The notes under the pieces are model-generated. The model was given only the letters and a program-made list of their open reading frames with translations, was not told the DNA's origin and ran no database searches. A program made the translations under genes and the position numbers. DNA of 64,000 nt, taken from assembly GCF_030684315.1 (NCBI RefSeq), contig NC_081369.1:6357763-6421762 (forward strand). The letters run 5' to 3'. Every line of letters starts with the position of its first letter. Within the stretch, counting starts at the first letter, position 1. The stretch comes from Stegostoma tigrinum. Taxonomy: Eukaryota. Positions 38,941 through 51,540 of this stretch are shown piece after piece.

Positions 38941-39029
38941 AACAAAAATTCTGGCAATTATTTTAACTACTTCATGAAAACACAGTGTGCTGGAGTGGAG
39001 AATTCTGAGAGAGGACGCAAAGCAAAAGT

Positions 39030-39310
39030 GCAGCACGGTAGCTCAGTGGTTAGCACTGCTACCTCAGTGCCAGGGACCCCAGTGCAATTCCACCCTCGGG
39101 GACTGTGTTTGCACATTCTCCCCCTGTCTGTGTGGGTTTCCTCCTGGAGCTCCAGTTTCCTCCCACAGTCTGAAGATGTGCAGGGTAGGTGGATTGGCCC
39201 TGCTAAATTGCCTGTAGTGTCTGGGGATGGGTTTGGGTGGGATGCTCTGAGGGTCGGCACTGACTTGTTGGGCTGAAGGGCCTGTTTCCACACTGTATGG
39301 ATCCATAGAG
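39030..39310 (+). mobile_element. HE1-type V-SINE (tRNA-derived)
   Basis: A-box tagctcagtggttagc, V-domain gtttgcacattctccccctgtctgtgtgggtttcctcc..., CR1-like tail gggctgaagggcctgtttccacactgta. Confidence 0.88.
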
Positions 39311-39776
39311 AATCAGACATATCCTGATTGACAGTGTAAAGGATCACTTTAACATTGAGGACCCCACCAGATACAGTTCATTCGTTAGGATTCAAGTCAA
39401 ACATGGTCACACATACAATGTTAACTGGCCAAACGGAACCCAGGAAAATACTCAGCTTGAAAAGTCTGTTGCGACAATCAGTCTGAAAATATATTTGAGA
39501 GACGATCAGGAGATGACAGCCACTCATTCTGTCAAGACATAGCTCACAACAGCATGACTATCCAATATTGACCGTCAGGCCTCACAGGGCATAGAATGTT
39601 GCCATGGTAAGATGCAAAGTAGCTGCAAGCATCAGACAACAACACTCTCAAACTCAATCAGGAGGAGCAAGTGGTTTGGAATCATTGCATTTTGGACACA
39701 CCTCCGGCCAGACTTGTGATTCCAACCTGAACCAGTTTGTGTGTGACACGTAGACAAGTCAGCGAGGATCACTTAC

Positions 39777-39926
39777 GATCAGAGGAGCTCTTGGGGTTTG
39801 AGAAGGACTCATCAGCAGTGCCATCTAGCTGCTGCAGCATGAACTGTCGGATATTGTCACCATCATCCTCCGGCATAATCAGCTTCATCAGAGTCTGGTT
39901 ACACACGTTTGCTACCTCCTTAATAC
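39777..39926 (-). CDS. VAC14: VAC14 coding exon 9, 150 nt
   Basis: (S)IKEVANVCNQTLMKLIMPEDDGDNIRQFMLQQLDGTADESFSNPKSSSD; conserved N-terminal half then a divergent linker; C|GTAAGT donor (phase 1). Confidence 0.95.
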
Positions 39927-41238
39927 CTGGACTTTGAATTAAGGAGGCAGAACACGAAGAACTGTAAATAAAGAAGGTCAAAATTGTGCAGGATGGCTTG
40001 CTCTATTTCTGAGACATGGAAGACCAAGTATTGACCTACTGGTTTAGAGGGTGCTGGCAGGAATTTTGGCAAAAGTAATGTCACTGATCCACTGAGACTA
40101 CAAGACAGAACATTGTGGTTTCCCCAGCCTCCACTTAAGAACACAGCTGGCCTCAAGAACAGGATCACAGCCAATGCTCAAGGGGCTGAGATCAGCCTTA
40201 GGAAGGAGTTCCAGCCTGTGTATGACACCATCTTCGCTTCATTCCCAACGTTATTTGCCACCACAGCACACACAGGGCTGTCAGATTTATGAATTCGGAA
40301 TCCGATGGACAAAGGAAGATATAATGCAGTAAAAGGCTCACGATTCTTAGTTTGTTCACAGGTACTAGGAGGTAATCTGATGGTTGTACAGCACAGTGGC
40401 TTGGTGGTCAGTGCCAGTGCGCCTCAGCACCAGGGACCAAGGTTCAATTTCACCCTCAGGTGACTGTCTGGTGGAGTTTGCGCATTCTCTGCCTGTGCGG
40501 GTTCTCTCTGGGCGCTCCGGTTTCCTCCCATAGTCCAAAGATGTGCAGGTTAGGTGGATTAACCATAGCAAATGCAGGGTTACAGGGACAGGATGGGTGG
40601 TTGGGTCTGGGTGGAATGCTCTTCAGGCAGGTCCGTGTGGATTTGATGGGCCAAATGACCTACTTCCACACTAAGGATTTTACAATTCTATAAAAGGTGA
40701 TTTGGCACTGTTTGGAATGAGACACAAGTTAATGCTTCAGAGCCAGAATAACAGTCTGGAGATAATTTGCAAACGGGGGTGGGTGGGTGGGTGGGGGTTC
40801 TGACAAACTACTGATCATTATCTGGTTCACCCACGGTCTTGAGGGAATGAAATACGCTGCCCATACCTGGTCTAGCCTCTATTTAACTCCAGACCTACGG
40901 CAATGTGGTTCTGATTGAACTGCCCTTTGAAATGGCTGAACATGCCACTCAGTTCAGGGGCAATTAGGGATGGGCAACAAATGCCGATGTAACCCACATC
41001 CCAACAGCTCAATAGAAAACTATGAGTATTGCTCAAGGGGAAATGACACCCAATTTAAATAGTGTCTGGCCAATATCTCAGTCATAGATTAGGGCAATAG
41101 GAGAGAAACCAACAAGTTTGAAAAAGAATCATTGTGCAGGAAGTCCCAAGAAAGGCACTGTGGCAAAACCCGCAGTCTCTCCCTCACAGTAAGTGCATAT
41201 TCAGAGATGGGTAAAGTGCCAACTCGAGAAAAGGATAC
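39927..41238 (-). other. VAC14: U12-type (minor spliceosome) GT-AG intron of VAC14
   Basis: 5' splice site GTATCCTTTT (41238 downward); branch-point box TCCTTAAT at 39938-39945, 11 nt from the 3' splice site; no long polypyrimidine tract between branch box and CAG. Confidence 0.92.
40389..40690 (+). mobile_element. HE1-type V-SINE inside the U12 intron
   Basis: Same head, V-domain and tail as 39030-39310; B-box ggttcaatttc. Confidence 0.85.
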
Positions 41239-41373
41239 TCTTCTTCCTGTCATCGTAGGAGAGGCAGGGTAGAACGGCCGTCAGGATTCCTGAGGAGTAC
41301 GGCAGCATCGCACGACCAGCTAACTGGATAAACTCCCGCATCCAAGTCATTGCAGTCAGTTGAATCAAATCAT
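41239..41373 (-). CDS. VAC14: VAC14 coding exon 8, 135 nt
   Basis: (D)[44 protein letters not shown](S); CAG acceptor; U12-type donor GTATCCTTT. Confidence 0.96.
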
Positions 41374-41465
41374 CTGTGGAAAGCAAGAACATGCAACAGT
41401 AGTATGACCACAACTCTCATAGCACCCTGGCTCAACGAGATACAGTAACCAAAAGCTGGGCAGGG

Positions 41466-41646
41466 TTTAAACTTTGCAAGATAATAAAGTGTGAAGCTGG
41501 ATGAACACAGTAGGCCAAGCAGCATCACAGCAGCACAGCTTTTGTGCTCCCGAGATGCTGCTTGGCCTGCTGTGCTCATCCAGCTTCACACTTTATCATC
41601 TTGGATTCTCCAGCATCTGCAGTTCCCATTATCTTTAAACTTTGCA
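41466..41646. mobile_element. Palindromic Penelope-derived mini-element (family A) with 13-bp TSD
   Basis: tttaaactttgca at 41466-41478 and 41634-41646; ~45-bp inverted arms; ~90 nt upstream of the exon 8 acceptor. Confidence 0.88.
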
Positions 41647-42626
41647 TGCTGTTCCAAGACAGTTGCGCATACTTATTTATGAAAAATGTTTAAAGTGAGG
41701 AAATGAAAGTGCACGTTTTAGGGATAGTAAGTGTGTTAAACACTTTCAAGTCGGATTTAGAATGATCAGAGCAAAACTCCTTGTATTTGGCCCAGGCTGC
41801 AAACACCACTAACAAAATGAACATAAGAAATTGGTTGCTGCCAGCTCAAAAGACTGTTCCCCAGCTCTATAAATGCTGTTTGAAGTCTACCCTTGGCTTC
41901 AAAATCCAGGTCAAAAGAATAACATCTTTCCTTTCAAATGCCAACACCAGTGAAAACATCCTCCAGCTTAGTATAAATCTGTGAAGTGTGGATAATTCTT
42001 CAATATGGATGCACAGCCATTTGGAGTTCGGCTGAGATTTCCAATGCCATCTCAAGTGTTCTTACAATCTTCAGAATACTGTCCTCCCAGTCAGGACTAG
42101 ATTAGAACCCAGGCTCCCCACAGTGAAGGGGCACCGTGTTTAACCCATTGTATCATTTTGGTCTACAGTTCTTTCCAGATTACACTGTCTAGCTTAATAT
42201 AAAATACTATTACTAGAATCTGCTACCCTCACAGAAATAGCTGGACAGCCAGCACAGACAGGAGGCAACGAGAAAGCAATATTAATTTTTAACCTCAACT
42301 GCAAGCCGTGTTGCTATAACAGCAAGGAGTTCAGCCAATTGCAAGTGTGAATTCACTAGCACAAGTAGAGGCTCCGCCAATTATTTGATTTGATTAATTA
42401 TTGTCACGTGTACCTACGTTGAGCGAAAAGTTTTGTTTTCTGTGCGGTACAGGCAGATTTGGGATTATGTACCAAATTAGCATGTGGTAAAAAGGCTTTG
42501 GGGAGCAGGGGTGGTGAGGAGAGAGGGGAAGAGAAAGTGGTGAGTGGAGAAGATGTGAAGCTGAGAGTCAGAGGCAGGGAAAAGGACCAACAGCAGGGTA
42601 CTGCAAGGTTGTGAAAGGGAACTCAC

Positions 42627-42733
42627 CGGAGGCCTGGCAGTGGATGACCAAGATGTTGGCCATTTCAGCAAATTTGACACTTGAAGGGTTTTTCTTGATC
42701 TCTTTCAAAAACTCAACAAGGACAGTCTCACAC
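42627..42733 (-). CDS. VAC14: VAC14 coding exon 7, 107 nt
   Basis: (M)[35 protein letters not shown](D); TAG acceptor, G|GTGAGT donor; phases 2/1 match neighbours. Confidence 0.96.
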
Positions 42734-43585
42734 CTAGAGGCAAGTTAAGAATGTTATCCAGGAATCCTGAAGATTAAGTTGCAGGCTGAAAGCAGTAAAT
42801 ACAGAACCCGAGTTTGTCGTGACGATTTTACCTAACTGTTCAGGTCGGCAAAGCTGTAGGATTAATCAGCAAACTGCGCTGAGTTAGCTGGTCACATCTA
42901 GCTGTGTACAGGGATAATACCTTCAGCACCACAGGTCAGGATGGGGAAAACATCCAGCAGTCGGTCCAGTAAATAAAGACTTTTTAAAAAATAATCCCTG
43001 CAGACACATACGGACTGACGTGCCTTGCTCAAGAAATTGATTTTGTAAAATATCTACAAAGCAAACTGTTTAATTACACAACCCCAGACTGTGGTCACAG
43101 TGGGAACATGGTGGAATTTCGTAAAGATTTCATTATTTGAGCAATACCGTTCACAGCCAATGTGCCCCGTAAAATGCCCTTCTTGGACATGGTCAACATT
43201 TTCAATGAAATGTGCCTCTAAATTTCTCTGCACAACCTCACATGCACGGTATTTAAACAAGTTCTGAATGGTATGTTGCAGGGTGCTTCACAGCTCTCCA
43301 CGTATATCGTTTAACAAGAACACTATTCACAACCCGTGACTGACTTACTGGAAAGCCGAATCATGGCTGGATCAAACTCAGTGCACTGTCAATGGGCAAA
43401 CTCCACTCAGCAGGCTGGGCCATAGCCATCTGAAAAGTTCCCTGTGATCAAAGCTGCCTATCTCAATCAACAAGCACAACCTCCGTGATCTTTAAGAAGC
43501 CCAACCCTCTCTCTAGTTAACAAAAAAAAAGTGTGAAGCTGGATGAACACAGCATGCCCAGCAGCATCTCAGGAGCACAAAAGCT

Positions 43586-43613
43586 GACGTTTCGGGCCTA
43601 GACCCTTCATCAG
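43586..43613 (-). ncRNA. Hammerhead ribozyme core in Penelope terminal repeat (sense to VAC14)
   Basis: CTGATGA-A-GGGT-CTAG-GCCC-GAAA-CGTC; core intact but local stem I is only 2 bp. Confidence 0.6.
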
Positions 43614-45595
43614 AGGGGGATGGGGAGAGGGTTCTGGTATAAATAGGGAGAGAGGGGGGAGGCAGACCGAAGATGGAGAGAAAAGATGATAGGTGGAGAG
43701 GAGAGTATAGGTGGGGAGGTAGGGAGGGGATAGGTCAGTCCAGGGAAGACGGACAGGTCAAGGAGGTTGGATGAGGTTAGTAGGTAGGAAATGGAGGTGT
43801 GGCCTGGGGTGGGAGGAAGGGATGGGTGAGAGGAAGAACAGGTTAGGGAGGCAGAGACAGGCTGGGCTGGTTTAGGGATGCGGTGGGGAAAGGGGAGATT
43901 TTGAAGCTAGTGAAGTCCACATTGATACCATTGGGCTGCAGGGTTCCCAAGCGGAATATGAGTTGCCGCTCCTGCAACCTTCAGGTGGTATCATTGTGGC
44001 ACTGCAGGAGGCCCACGATGGACATGTCGTCTAAAGAATGGGAGGGGGAGTTAAAATGGTTCATGACTGGGAGGTGCAGTTGTTTATTGCGAACCGAGCG
44101 GAGGTGTTCTGCAAAGCGGTCCCCAAGCCTCCGCTTGGTTTCCCCAATGTACAGGAAGCCACACCAGGTACAATGGATACAATATACCACATTAAGCAGA
44201 TGTTCACCTGCACATCTGCCAATGTGGAATGTCATCTTGGGGCCTGGGAGGTGGTGTGGGGCAAGTGTAGCACTTCCTGCGGTTGCAGGGGAAAGTGCCG
44301 AGTGTGGTGGGGTTGGAGGGGAGTGTGGAGTGAACAAGGGAGTCACGGAGAGAGTGGTCTCTCCGGAAGGCAGACAAGGGTGCGGATGGAAAAATGTCTT
44401 GCGTGGTGGGGTCGGATTGTGGATGGCGGAAGTGTCGGAGGATGATGCGTTGTATCCGGAGGTTGGTGGGATGGTGTGTGAGAACGAGGGGGATCCTCTT
44501 TGGGCGGTTGTGGTGGGGGCAGGGTGTGAGGGAGGTGTTGCGGGGAATGCAGGAGACGCGGTCAAGGGCGTTCTCAACCACTCGGGGCGGGGGGGGGGTG
44601 GGGGGGGGGGGTGCAGTTGCGGTCCTTGAAAAACTGGGGCATCTGGGATGTGCGGGAGTGGAATGCCTCATCCTGGGAGCAGATGCAGTGGAGGCAGAGG
44701 AATTGGGAATAGAGGATAGAATTTTTGCAGGACGGTGGGTGGGAGGAGGTGTATTCTAGGTAGCTGTGGGAGTCAGTGGGCTTGAAATGGACATCAGTTT
44801 CTAACTGGTTACCTGAGATGGAGACTGAGAGGTCCAGGAAGGTGAGGGATGTGTTGGAGATGGCCCAAGTGAACTTCAGGTTGGGGTGGAAGGTGTTGGA
44901 GACGTGGATGAACTGTCCGAGCTCCTCTGGGGAGCAAGAGGCGGCGCCAATAGAGTCATCAGTGTAACAGAGGGAGAGGTGGGGTTTTAGGCCTATGTAG
45001 GTGCGGAAGAGGGACTGTTCCACGTAACCCTCAAAGAGGCAGGCATAGCTTGGGCCCATGCGGGTACCCATGGCCACCCCCTTTGTATGTAGGAAGTGGG
45101 AGGAATCGAAAGAGAAGTTGAGGGTGAGGACGAGTTCGGCTAGGCGGTTGAGTGTGTTGGTGGAGGGGGACTGGTTGGGTCTGTGGAACAGGAAGAAACG
45201 GAGGGCCTTGAGGCCATCTGCATGAGGAATACAGGTGTATAGGGACTGGACATCCATGGTGAAAATGGAGGTGTTGGGGGCCAGGGAATTGGAAGTTCTG
45301 GAGGAGATGGAGGGCGTGGGTGGTGTCACGGACATAGGTAGGGAGTTCCTGTCTCCACCTCCCTAGCCTGTGCTTCCTCTCACCCATCCCTTCCTCCCAC
45401 CTCAAGCCGCATCTCCATCTCCTACCTACTAACCTCATCCCACCTCCTTGACCTGTCTGTCTTCCCTGGACTGACCTATCCCCTCCCTACCTCCCCACCT
45501 ATACTCTCCTCTCCACCTATCTTCTTTTCTTTCCATCTTCGGTCCGCCTCCCTCCTCTCCCTATTTATTCCAGAACCCTCTCCCCCTCCCCTTCT

Positions 45596-45623
45596 CTGAT
45601 GAAGGGTCTAGGCCCGAAACGTC
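45596..45623 (+). ncRNA. Hammerhead ribozyme core in the inverted terminal repeat
   Basis: ctgatgaagggtctaggcccgaaacgtc, identical to the 43586-43613 copy but on the opposite strand. Confidence 0.6.
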
Positions 45624-45733
45624 AGCTTTTGTGCTCCTGAGACGCTGCTTGGCCTGAGTTCATCCAGCTTCACACTTTGTTATCTTGGATTCTCCAGCAT
45701 CTGCAGTTCCCATTATCTCTGATAAAATTGTAA

Positions 45734-47460
45734 CCTCTCTCTGGTTACCTTCTTGCTCTAGATGTATTTGTAGAATCTCTTTGGATTATCCTTAACTTTA
45801 TCTGCCAATGCTATCTCACATACCTGCTTTGCCTTCCTGATTTGTTTAAGAATGCCCCTACACTCTTTATAAAGATTAAGAGATTCAATTGAACAAAATT
45901 GTCTATACTTAAAAAAAAAAAAATTTTTATTCTTGACTAGAACCTCAACATCTTTATTAATCCATTGCTCCTTAATCTTACCAGCCCCACCCCTCACTAA
46001 CAGGAATAAAATGCTTCTGAACTTGTCATCACACTCTTGAATGCATCCCACTAGTCAGACGTCCTTTTAACTGCGAACAGTCTACTGCAATCAATGTTTG
46101 AAAGTTCTTGTCTCACACCATTAAAATTTGCCTTACTCCAGTTAAGAACATTGCTAAAGAACACTTTCTGGAGCACATTTGACAAATTCTGCAAACTTCT
46201 AACACCATGGTAGTCTGAGTCAACATTTGGAAAATTACAATCCCCCATTATTGCAAACTTATTATGCCAGCATACATCTGAGAACTCCCTACAGACTTGT
46301 TTCACAATTTCTCTCTTACTATTGGGGGGGCCAAGAGTACAATCCCATCAACATGATCTTTCCTTTCTTATTTGTAATTTCTTCCCATACATTTTCACCG
46401 GATGATTTTTCGTAAATATCTTACCAAGTTACAGCAGTAATGTATTCCTTAATTAAAAATGCCACCGACCCCCTCCTTTCTTGCCTCCTTCCCTATCCTT
46501 CCTACAGCATCTAAAACTGGGAACATTGAGCTGCCAGTCTAGACATCTCTCAGCCACATTTCTACAATAGCTATGACATCCCAATCCCATGCCCTAAGTT
46601 CAAGAGCCTTACCTGTAAGACCCCTTGCATTGAAATAAACGTAATTTAGTTCTTCAGAGTTACTAGATATTCTGACTTTCACTTGCCTTGTTTTTTTAAA
46701 TTGACATGCCTTCCTCACATTCAGAGCCTACCTCATCAAGTCTTCTATTTACCCTGTTACTTAGAGAAGGGGTGTGGAGGAATTCTCAGTATAAAGTCTC
46801 CCTTAATGAAATGAGCAAATCTCTCTGCTACAATATTAGCTCCTTTTCAGTTTAGGTTAGGCCCATCCTTTTGAACAGTTCTTTTCTATCCCAGAAGCCA
46901 TTCCAATTGTCTTAAAAACCTGACTCCCTGAACAAAACACTAGCTCTTCAGCCATTGATTTATCTCCTTTAATATTTTGTTCCTTCCCTCGTTTGGAGTT
47001 TGGCATTGCGACTAAACCTGAAATTACTACTTTATCTCAAATTCATTCTGTACTGCTTTAATCTTTTCCCTTTTAAAAAAAGTAACTATCAACATGTAAA
47101 TAATTTCTGGCTTCTCAATCTCACCTTTAACAATATGCTTGAAGCATACTTAATCCTAGCACCAGGAAAGTCACAAACCATCCTAAAATTTATGCTCACT
47201 GCCACAGAATCACCTGTCTATGCCCCTGACAGGACTGTCCCCTACAAAGCGTAATTCTATTAAATCTCATCAAATGCTGCCTGACATAAGAATGGTTCCA
47301 AGCGTCCAATAACTGACTGGCCCTACCATTTTCTTCGGGGAGACTATCTCCTTCAACTGCTCCAAAACCTGAATATCTATTCGATAGACAAATAGCCACT
47401 GAATATTTTTGAACTTCCTTCTTACCTTTCCTGACAGTCACCCATCCTTCTGACTGATCC
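45734..47460 (-). mobile_element. Decayed CR1 LINE (endonuclease region and ORF1 debris)
   Basis: IMGDCNFPNVD, LNWSKANF, LADKVKDNPKRFYKYI, ICLSNRYSGF motifs. Confidence 0.75.
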
Positions 47461-47689
47461 TACTGGGCAATAACTTTTCTAAATCTACTAGCCATCTCAC
47501 CCTGTACCTTAGGTATGGCCTTAATTATGTTAAGCCTAAAAACAATGTTTTAATAACACCATAGAAATATGATAAACTACCTTTCATTGTCTACAGAAAA
47601 TAATGTTAAATGGAAGAGAGAATTAAAAAGTAAATAAAATCAACCACTTAGCTGATTAACTGAATAAAAATAATTTCTTAAAGTACTGG

Positions 47690-48826
47690 CAAAGATCTGT
47701 AGCTCAGGTTGTGGGTGGGGTTATTGACTTGCTCGCCGAGTTGGCTTGTTCTTGTTCAACGTTTTGTTACCATGCTTGGTGACATCATCAGTGGAGCCTC
47801 TGATGAAGTGATGTTGTTCTACTCCGTTTGGAATTGATACTGTCCAGTCCATTATGGTGAGTACTGTCATTTCTGGTTTTGATCTGTATGGGGTCCAATT
47901 CTATGTGTTTATTGATTGCATTACAAGTGGAGAACCATGCCTCCAGGAATTCTCATGCATGTCTACGTTTGGCTTGGACTACTATGGTTACATTGTCCCA
48001 GTTAAACTGATGGCCTTCACTGTCTGAGTGTACTGACATTAGAGAAAGGTTGTTGTGTCGTTTTGCTGTTAGCTGATGTTCATGTATTCTGATGGCTAAT
48101 TTCCTCCACTCTGTCTGACATGATGTTTGTGGCAGTCGTTGCATGGTATCTTGTAAACCACATTCATTCTGCACATTGTGGGAATGGGGCCTTTAATCCT
48201 TAAGTGTTTGTCATAGAGTGGCTATGGGCTTGTGGGCCACCATGATTCCTAGTGGTCTTAGCTGTTCTGTTGTCTGCAGCTTCGTTTGTGGACATTAGGT
48301 GGGTGCTGTGGAAGTGGTGGATTTGACCTGTATGGGTTGCTTTCCTGTACAGCGAGGTTGGGAACTCCCCGTTGGTCATACACTCAACTTGAATATCCAG
48401 AAACAGACACTGATTGCTGTTTTCTTCTTCCCACATGAACTTAATCCTGCAAACACACTGTTGATGAGGTGGTGGGTCTCGAATTTGTTGCATTTAATAA
48501 TGACAAATGTGGCTACATACCAGATCCAGAGTTTAGGCTGAATATGGGGGAGGGTACTGTGTTCTAGTCTTTGCATGACTGCTTCTGCAATGAGTCCTGA
48601 AATGGGTGACCCCATGCTGTACCATCAATCTGTTTGTATACTTGACCATTAAAGACCAAGTGCATGGCAAGGCAGAGGTCTAGTCATTTAAGTACGTTGT
48701 CTTTGCTGATGGAGCTGCTGTTGTGTTGTTGCTTCCTCTACAGGATCAACAGCTCTGTCGGCAAAGGCAACATACTTAAACTGCTACACCTCTGCCTCAC
48801 CACACACTTCGTCTTTAACGGTCAAG
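47690..48826 (-). mobile_element. Penelope/Poseidon-type element (family D), decayed
   Basis: RT MGSPISGLIAEAVMQRLE..PKLWIWYV, FLDI..LYRKATHT, GIY-YIG remnant RKLAIRIHEHQ; degenerate hammerhead CTGATGA-T-GTCACCA-AGCA-TGGTAAC-AAAACGTT at ~47757-47791 (-). Confidence 0.85.
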
Positions 48827-49394
48827 CTAGATTGGCAACGATTCCCTCCTCATTACACAGTACTCAGTTTAAGATGGCCTGCTCTCTTGTTGGTTCCTCC
48901 ACATACTGGTCAAGAAAACCATCCTCAATACACTCCAGGAATTTCTCCTCAAAAACATTGTGGCAAATTGGTTTGCCCAAACTACACGCAGATTAAAATC
49001 ACCCATAATCCCGATTATTCCCTGATCACACGCATCTCTAATTTCCTGTTTAACATCATTCCCAACATCACACCACTGCTGTTTGGGGGTCTATATATGA
49101 CACCTACTAATGTTTGTTGCTCCTTTTTAAAGGAAAATTTAAAAAAAACCTCAGCTGTTCACTGTAGACCTTTAAAAAGACATTTTAAACGAAAGTTCAT
49201 TTGAAAAAGAAGAGATTTGTTTTGCTTTCTTTCTTGTTTTTTTTGAATGCTAATAAAACAAAATGGAAAAAATCTTACTAATGAACTATAATGACTATAA
49301 CAAACTAAAAAAAATCTTTAACTAAGTCTGCAAACCCAGGTGCAGCCACAAGATCCAAGCTGCTCCAAATCACCTCATTGTTGAACCCCAGGTG

Positions 49395-51032
49395 TTGGGA
49401 CAGACACTAAATGAATATTTTGCATCAGTTTTACTGTGGAAAACAAAATGTAATCTAGAGAACGTGGAGGAATAAACTTCAATGCATCAAAACAGTTGAC
49501 ATTACAGAAGAGGAAGTTTGGGAGCTCTGAAAGATTAAAGTCTCCAGGACCTGATCTAATGTATTCCAGAAAGTTGTGCGAGGTGATGGAGGAAATTACA
49601 AGTCCCCTTGCAGAAATATTTGCCTGAGGTGCCTGATGATTGGAGAGTGGCTAATGTCACAGCTTTAAGAAAGATTGTAAGGAGAAACCAAGGAACTAAA
49701 AACCTGTGAGTCTGACTTCGGTTGTGGATAAATTGTTAGAGGTGATTATAAAATATGGGATTTATGGACATTGAGAGGCAAAAATTGATTAGGGATAGTC
49801 AGGACAGTTTTGTGGGAGGAAAATCGTGTCTCACAGGCTTGGTTGAGTTTTTTGGGGAAGTTACCCAGAAGATTGATGGTGGCTGAGCAGTAGGCATTTT
49901 TATTTGGATTTTACTAAGGCTTCTGACAAGTTTCCATCTGGTCGACTAATTAATAAAGTCAGGTCACATGGGATTCAGAGTGAGCTTGCCAATTGGATAC
50001 ATAATTGGATTAACGGCAGGGGACAGTGAGGGTTGCATTTCGGACTGGAGGTCTGTGCCCCGCAGGGATCTGTTTTGTGTCCTCTTTTGTTTGCGATTTA
50101 TACGACTGATTTGGACAAGAATAGAGAAGGCATAGCTAGTAAGTTTGCGGACGTCACCAGAATTGGTGGCTTTGTAGACAGTGAAGAAGTTTCTCTACAA
50201 TTACAAAGGGATCTTGATCAAACGGGTCAACGGGCTGAAAAATGGCTGATGGAGCTCAATCTGGATAAATGTGATGTGTTGCATTTTGTACAAGGGTAGG
50301 GCTTATACGTTAATGGTAGGGCCTTGCATAGTGTTGTAGAAAAACAGGACCTGGGGGTGCAGATACATAATTCTTTGAGGTTTGCATCACAAATAGAATG
50401 GATGGTTAAAAAGACATTAGGCACACTTGCCTTCATTGCTTAGTCCATTGAGTGTAGGTGTTGGGTGTGTTAAGGTGTATAGGACATTGCTGAGGCCTCT
50501 TTTGAAATGCGTCCAGTTCTGGTTGCCCCACTATAGGAAGGATATAATTAAACTGAAGAAGAGTTAGGAGATTTGCCAGGATATTGCCAGGTATGGAAGG
50601 TTTGAGTAATAAGGAAAGGCTGGATTGGCCGGGACCTTTTCTCCCCCCTATATGGAACATAGGGGGTTGAGGGGTGACGTGATTGAAGTTTATAAAATAA
50701 TGAGGGGTATAGATAGAGTTGATGGTAGTTGCGTTTTCCCTAGGATGGAAATTTCAAAGCTTGGGGACACATTTTTCAGGTGAGAGGAGAGTGTTTTAAA
50801 CAGTCGTAAGGGGCAAATTTTTTTTTTGTTACAGAGGGTGGTTCGTGTGTGGAATGAACTTCCCAATGAAGTGGTGGATGCGCTTAAAAGGCATTTGGAT
50901 GGATATATGAATAGGAAAGGTTTGGACAGATATGAGCCAGAGGCAGGCAGTGGCACTAGTTTAGATTGGGATAATGTTCAGCATGGACCGGTTGGTCCGA
51001 AGGATCTAGTTCCATGCTGCACGGCTCTATAA
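49395..51032 (+). mobile_element. Decayed CR1 LINE (RT to 3' tail)
   Basis: PQGSVLCPLLFAIY..SKFADVT, QRVVRVWNELP; 3' tail similar to the HE1 SINE tail. Confidence 0.9.
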
Positions 51033-51245
51033 CTTGCTGTTTCACCTCTTTTACAACAGTGCCGATGGCTTTCATCAGTTCCCTCTTCAGTCTCCAGCTG
51101 GAAAGCAACCAGTAAAATCAGCTAAGACCTCCTTGCTCAATTCAGCACGTATCAATCCAAAGTAGTCCTCCCAACTTGTTCTGCAATCTACCTAGTTTCA
51201 GAGACCACTTTGACAGCTTGATACAATCACTGACCAATAGCCATC

Positions 51246-51540
51246 CTCTGCAGTTCCCATTATCTCTGATACAATTTTAACCTCACTGCGAAGCCTCTTC
51301 CAGGGATGCCTGACCTGAAGAAGTTACCCTCCTCCCTCCAGACAAACCTCAGGGGATCTCTCTCCCACTGCAACTCTCTTGCATCCATCTTCTATCTGCC
51401 TCCCGCTCTCTCCCTATTTATTTCAGAACCCTCTTCCCCTCCCCCTTTTCTGATGAAGGGTCTAGGCCCGGGACGTCAGCTTTTGTGCTAAGATGTTGCT
51501 TGGCCTGTTGTGTTCCTCCAGCTCCACACTTTGTTATCTC
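51246..51540 (+). mobile_element. Family A Penelope terminal-repeat fragment with mutated hammerhead
   Basis: ctgatgaagggtctaggcccgggacgtc (GAAA->GGGA); agccatc on both flanks. Confidence 0.8.

Larger units (their letters stand above)
43521..45733 (-). mobile_element. Penelope-like element (family A): RT + GIY-YIG with ~330-bp inverted terminal repeats
   Basis: RT TMDVQSLYTCIPH..KGVAMGTRMGPSYACLF..YTDD (44574-45335); GIY-YIG VVYCIHCTWCGFLYIGETKRRLGDRFAEH (43981-44577); 43531-43865 is inverted at 45350-45680; 14-bp TSD cctctctct(a/g)gtta at 43506 and 45734. Confidence 0.95.

Noticed and set aside
39030-39110. tRNA gene
   Set aside because: It is the tRNA-derived head of an HE1-type SINE and continues into the V-domain; no complete cloverleaf. 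The same applies to 14040, 40389, 54213 and 57015.
44584-44611. Long G-runs as a functional G-quadruplex (also 36443-36457)
   Set aside because: Expanded homopolymers inside Penelope copies, on the strand opposite the VAC14 transcript; may also carry sequencing error.
47757-47791. Active hammerhead in the family-D element (also 4134-4165, 38908-38937, 51450-51477, 55925-55955, 61440-61455)
   Set aside because: Each has a mutated GAAA box or a deleted stem II, so they are treated as inactive remnants.
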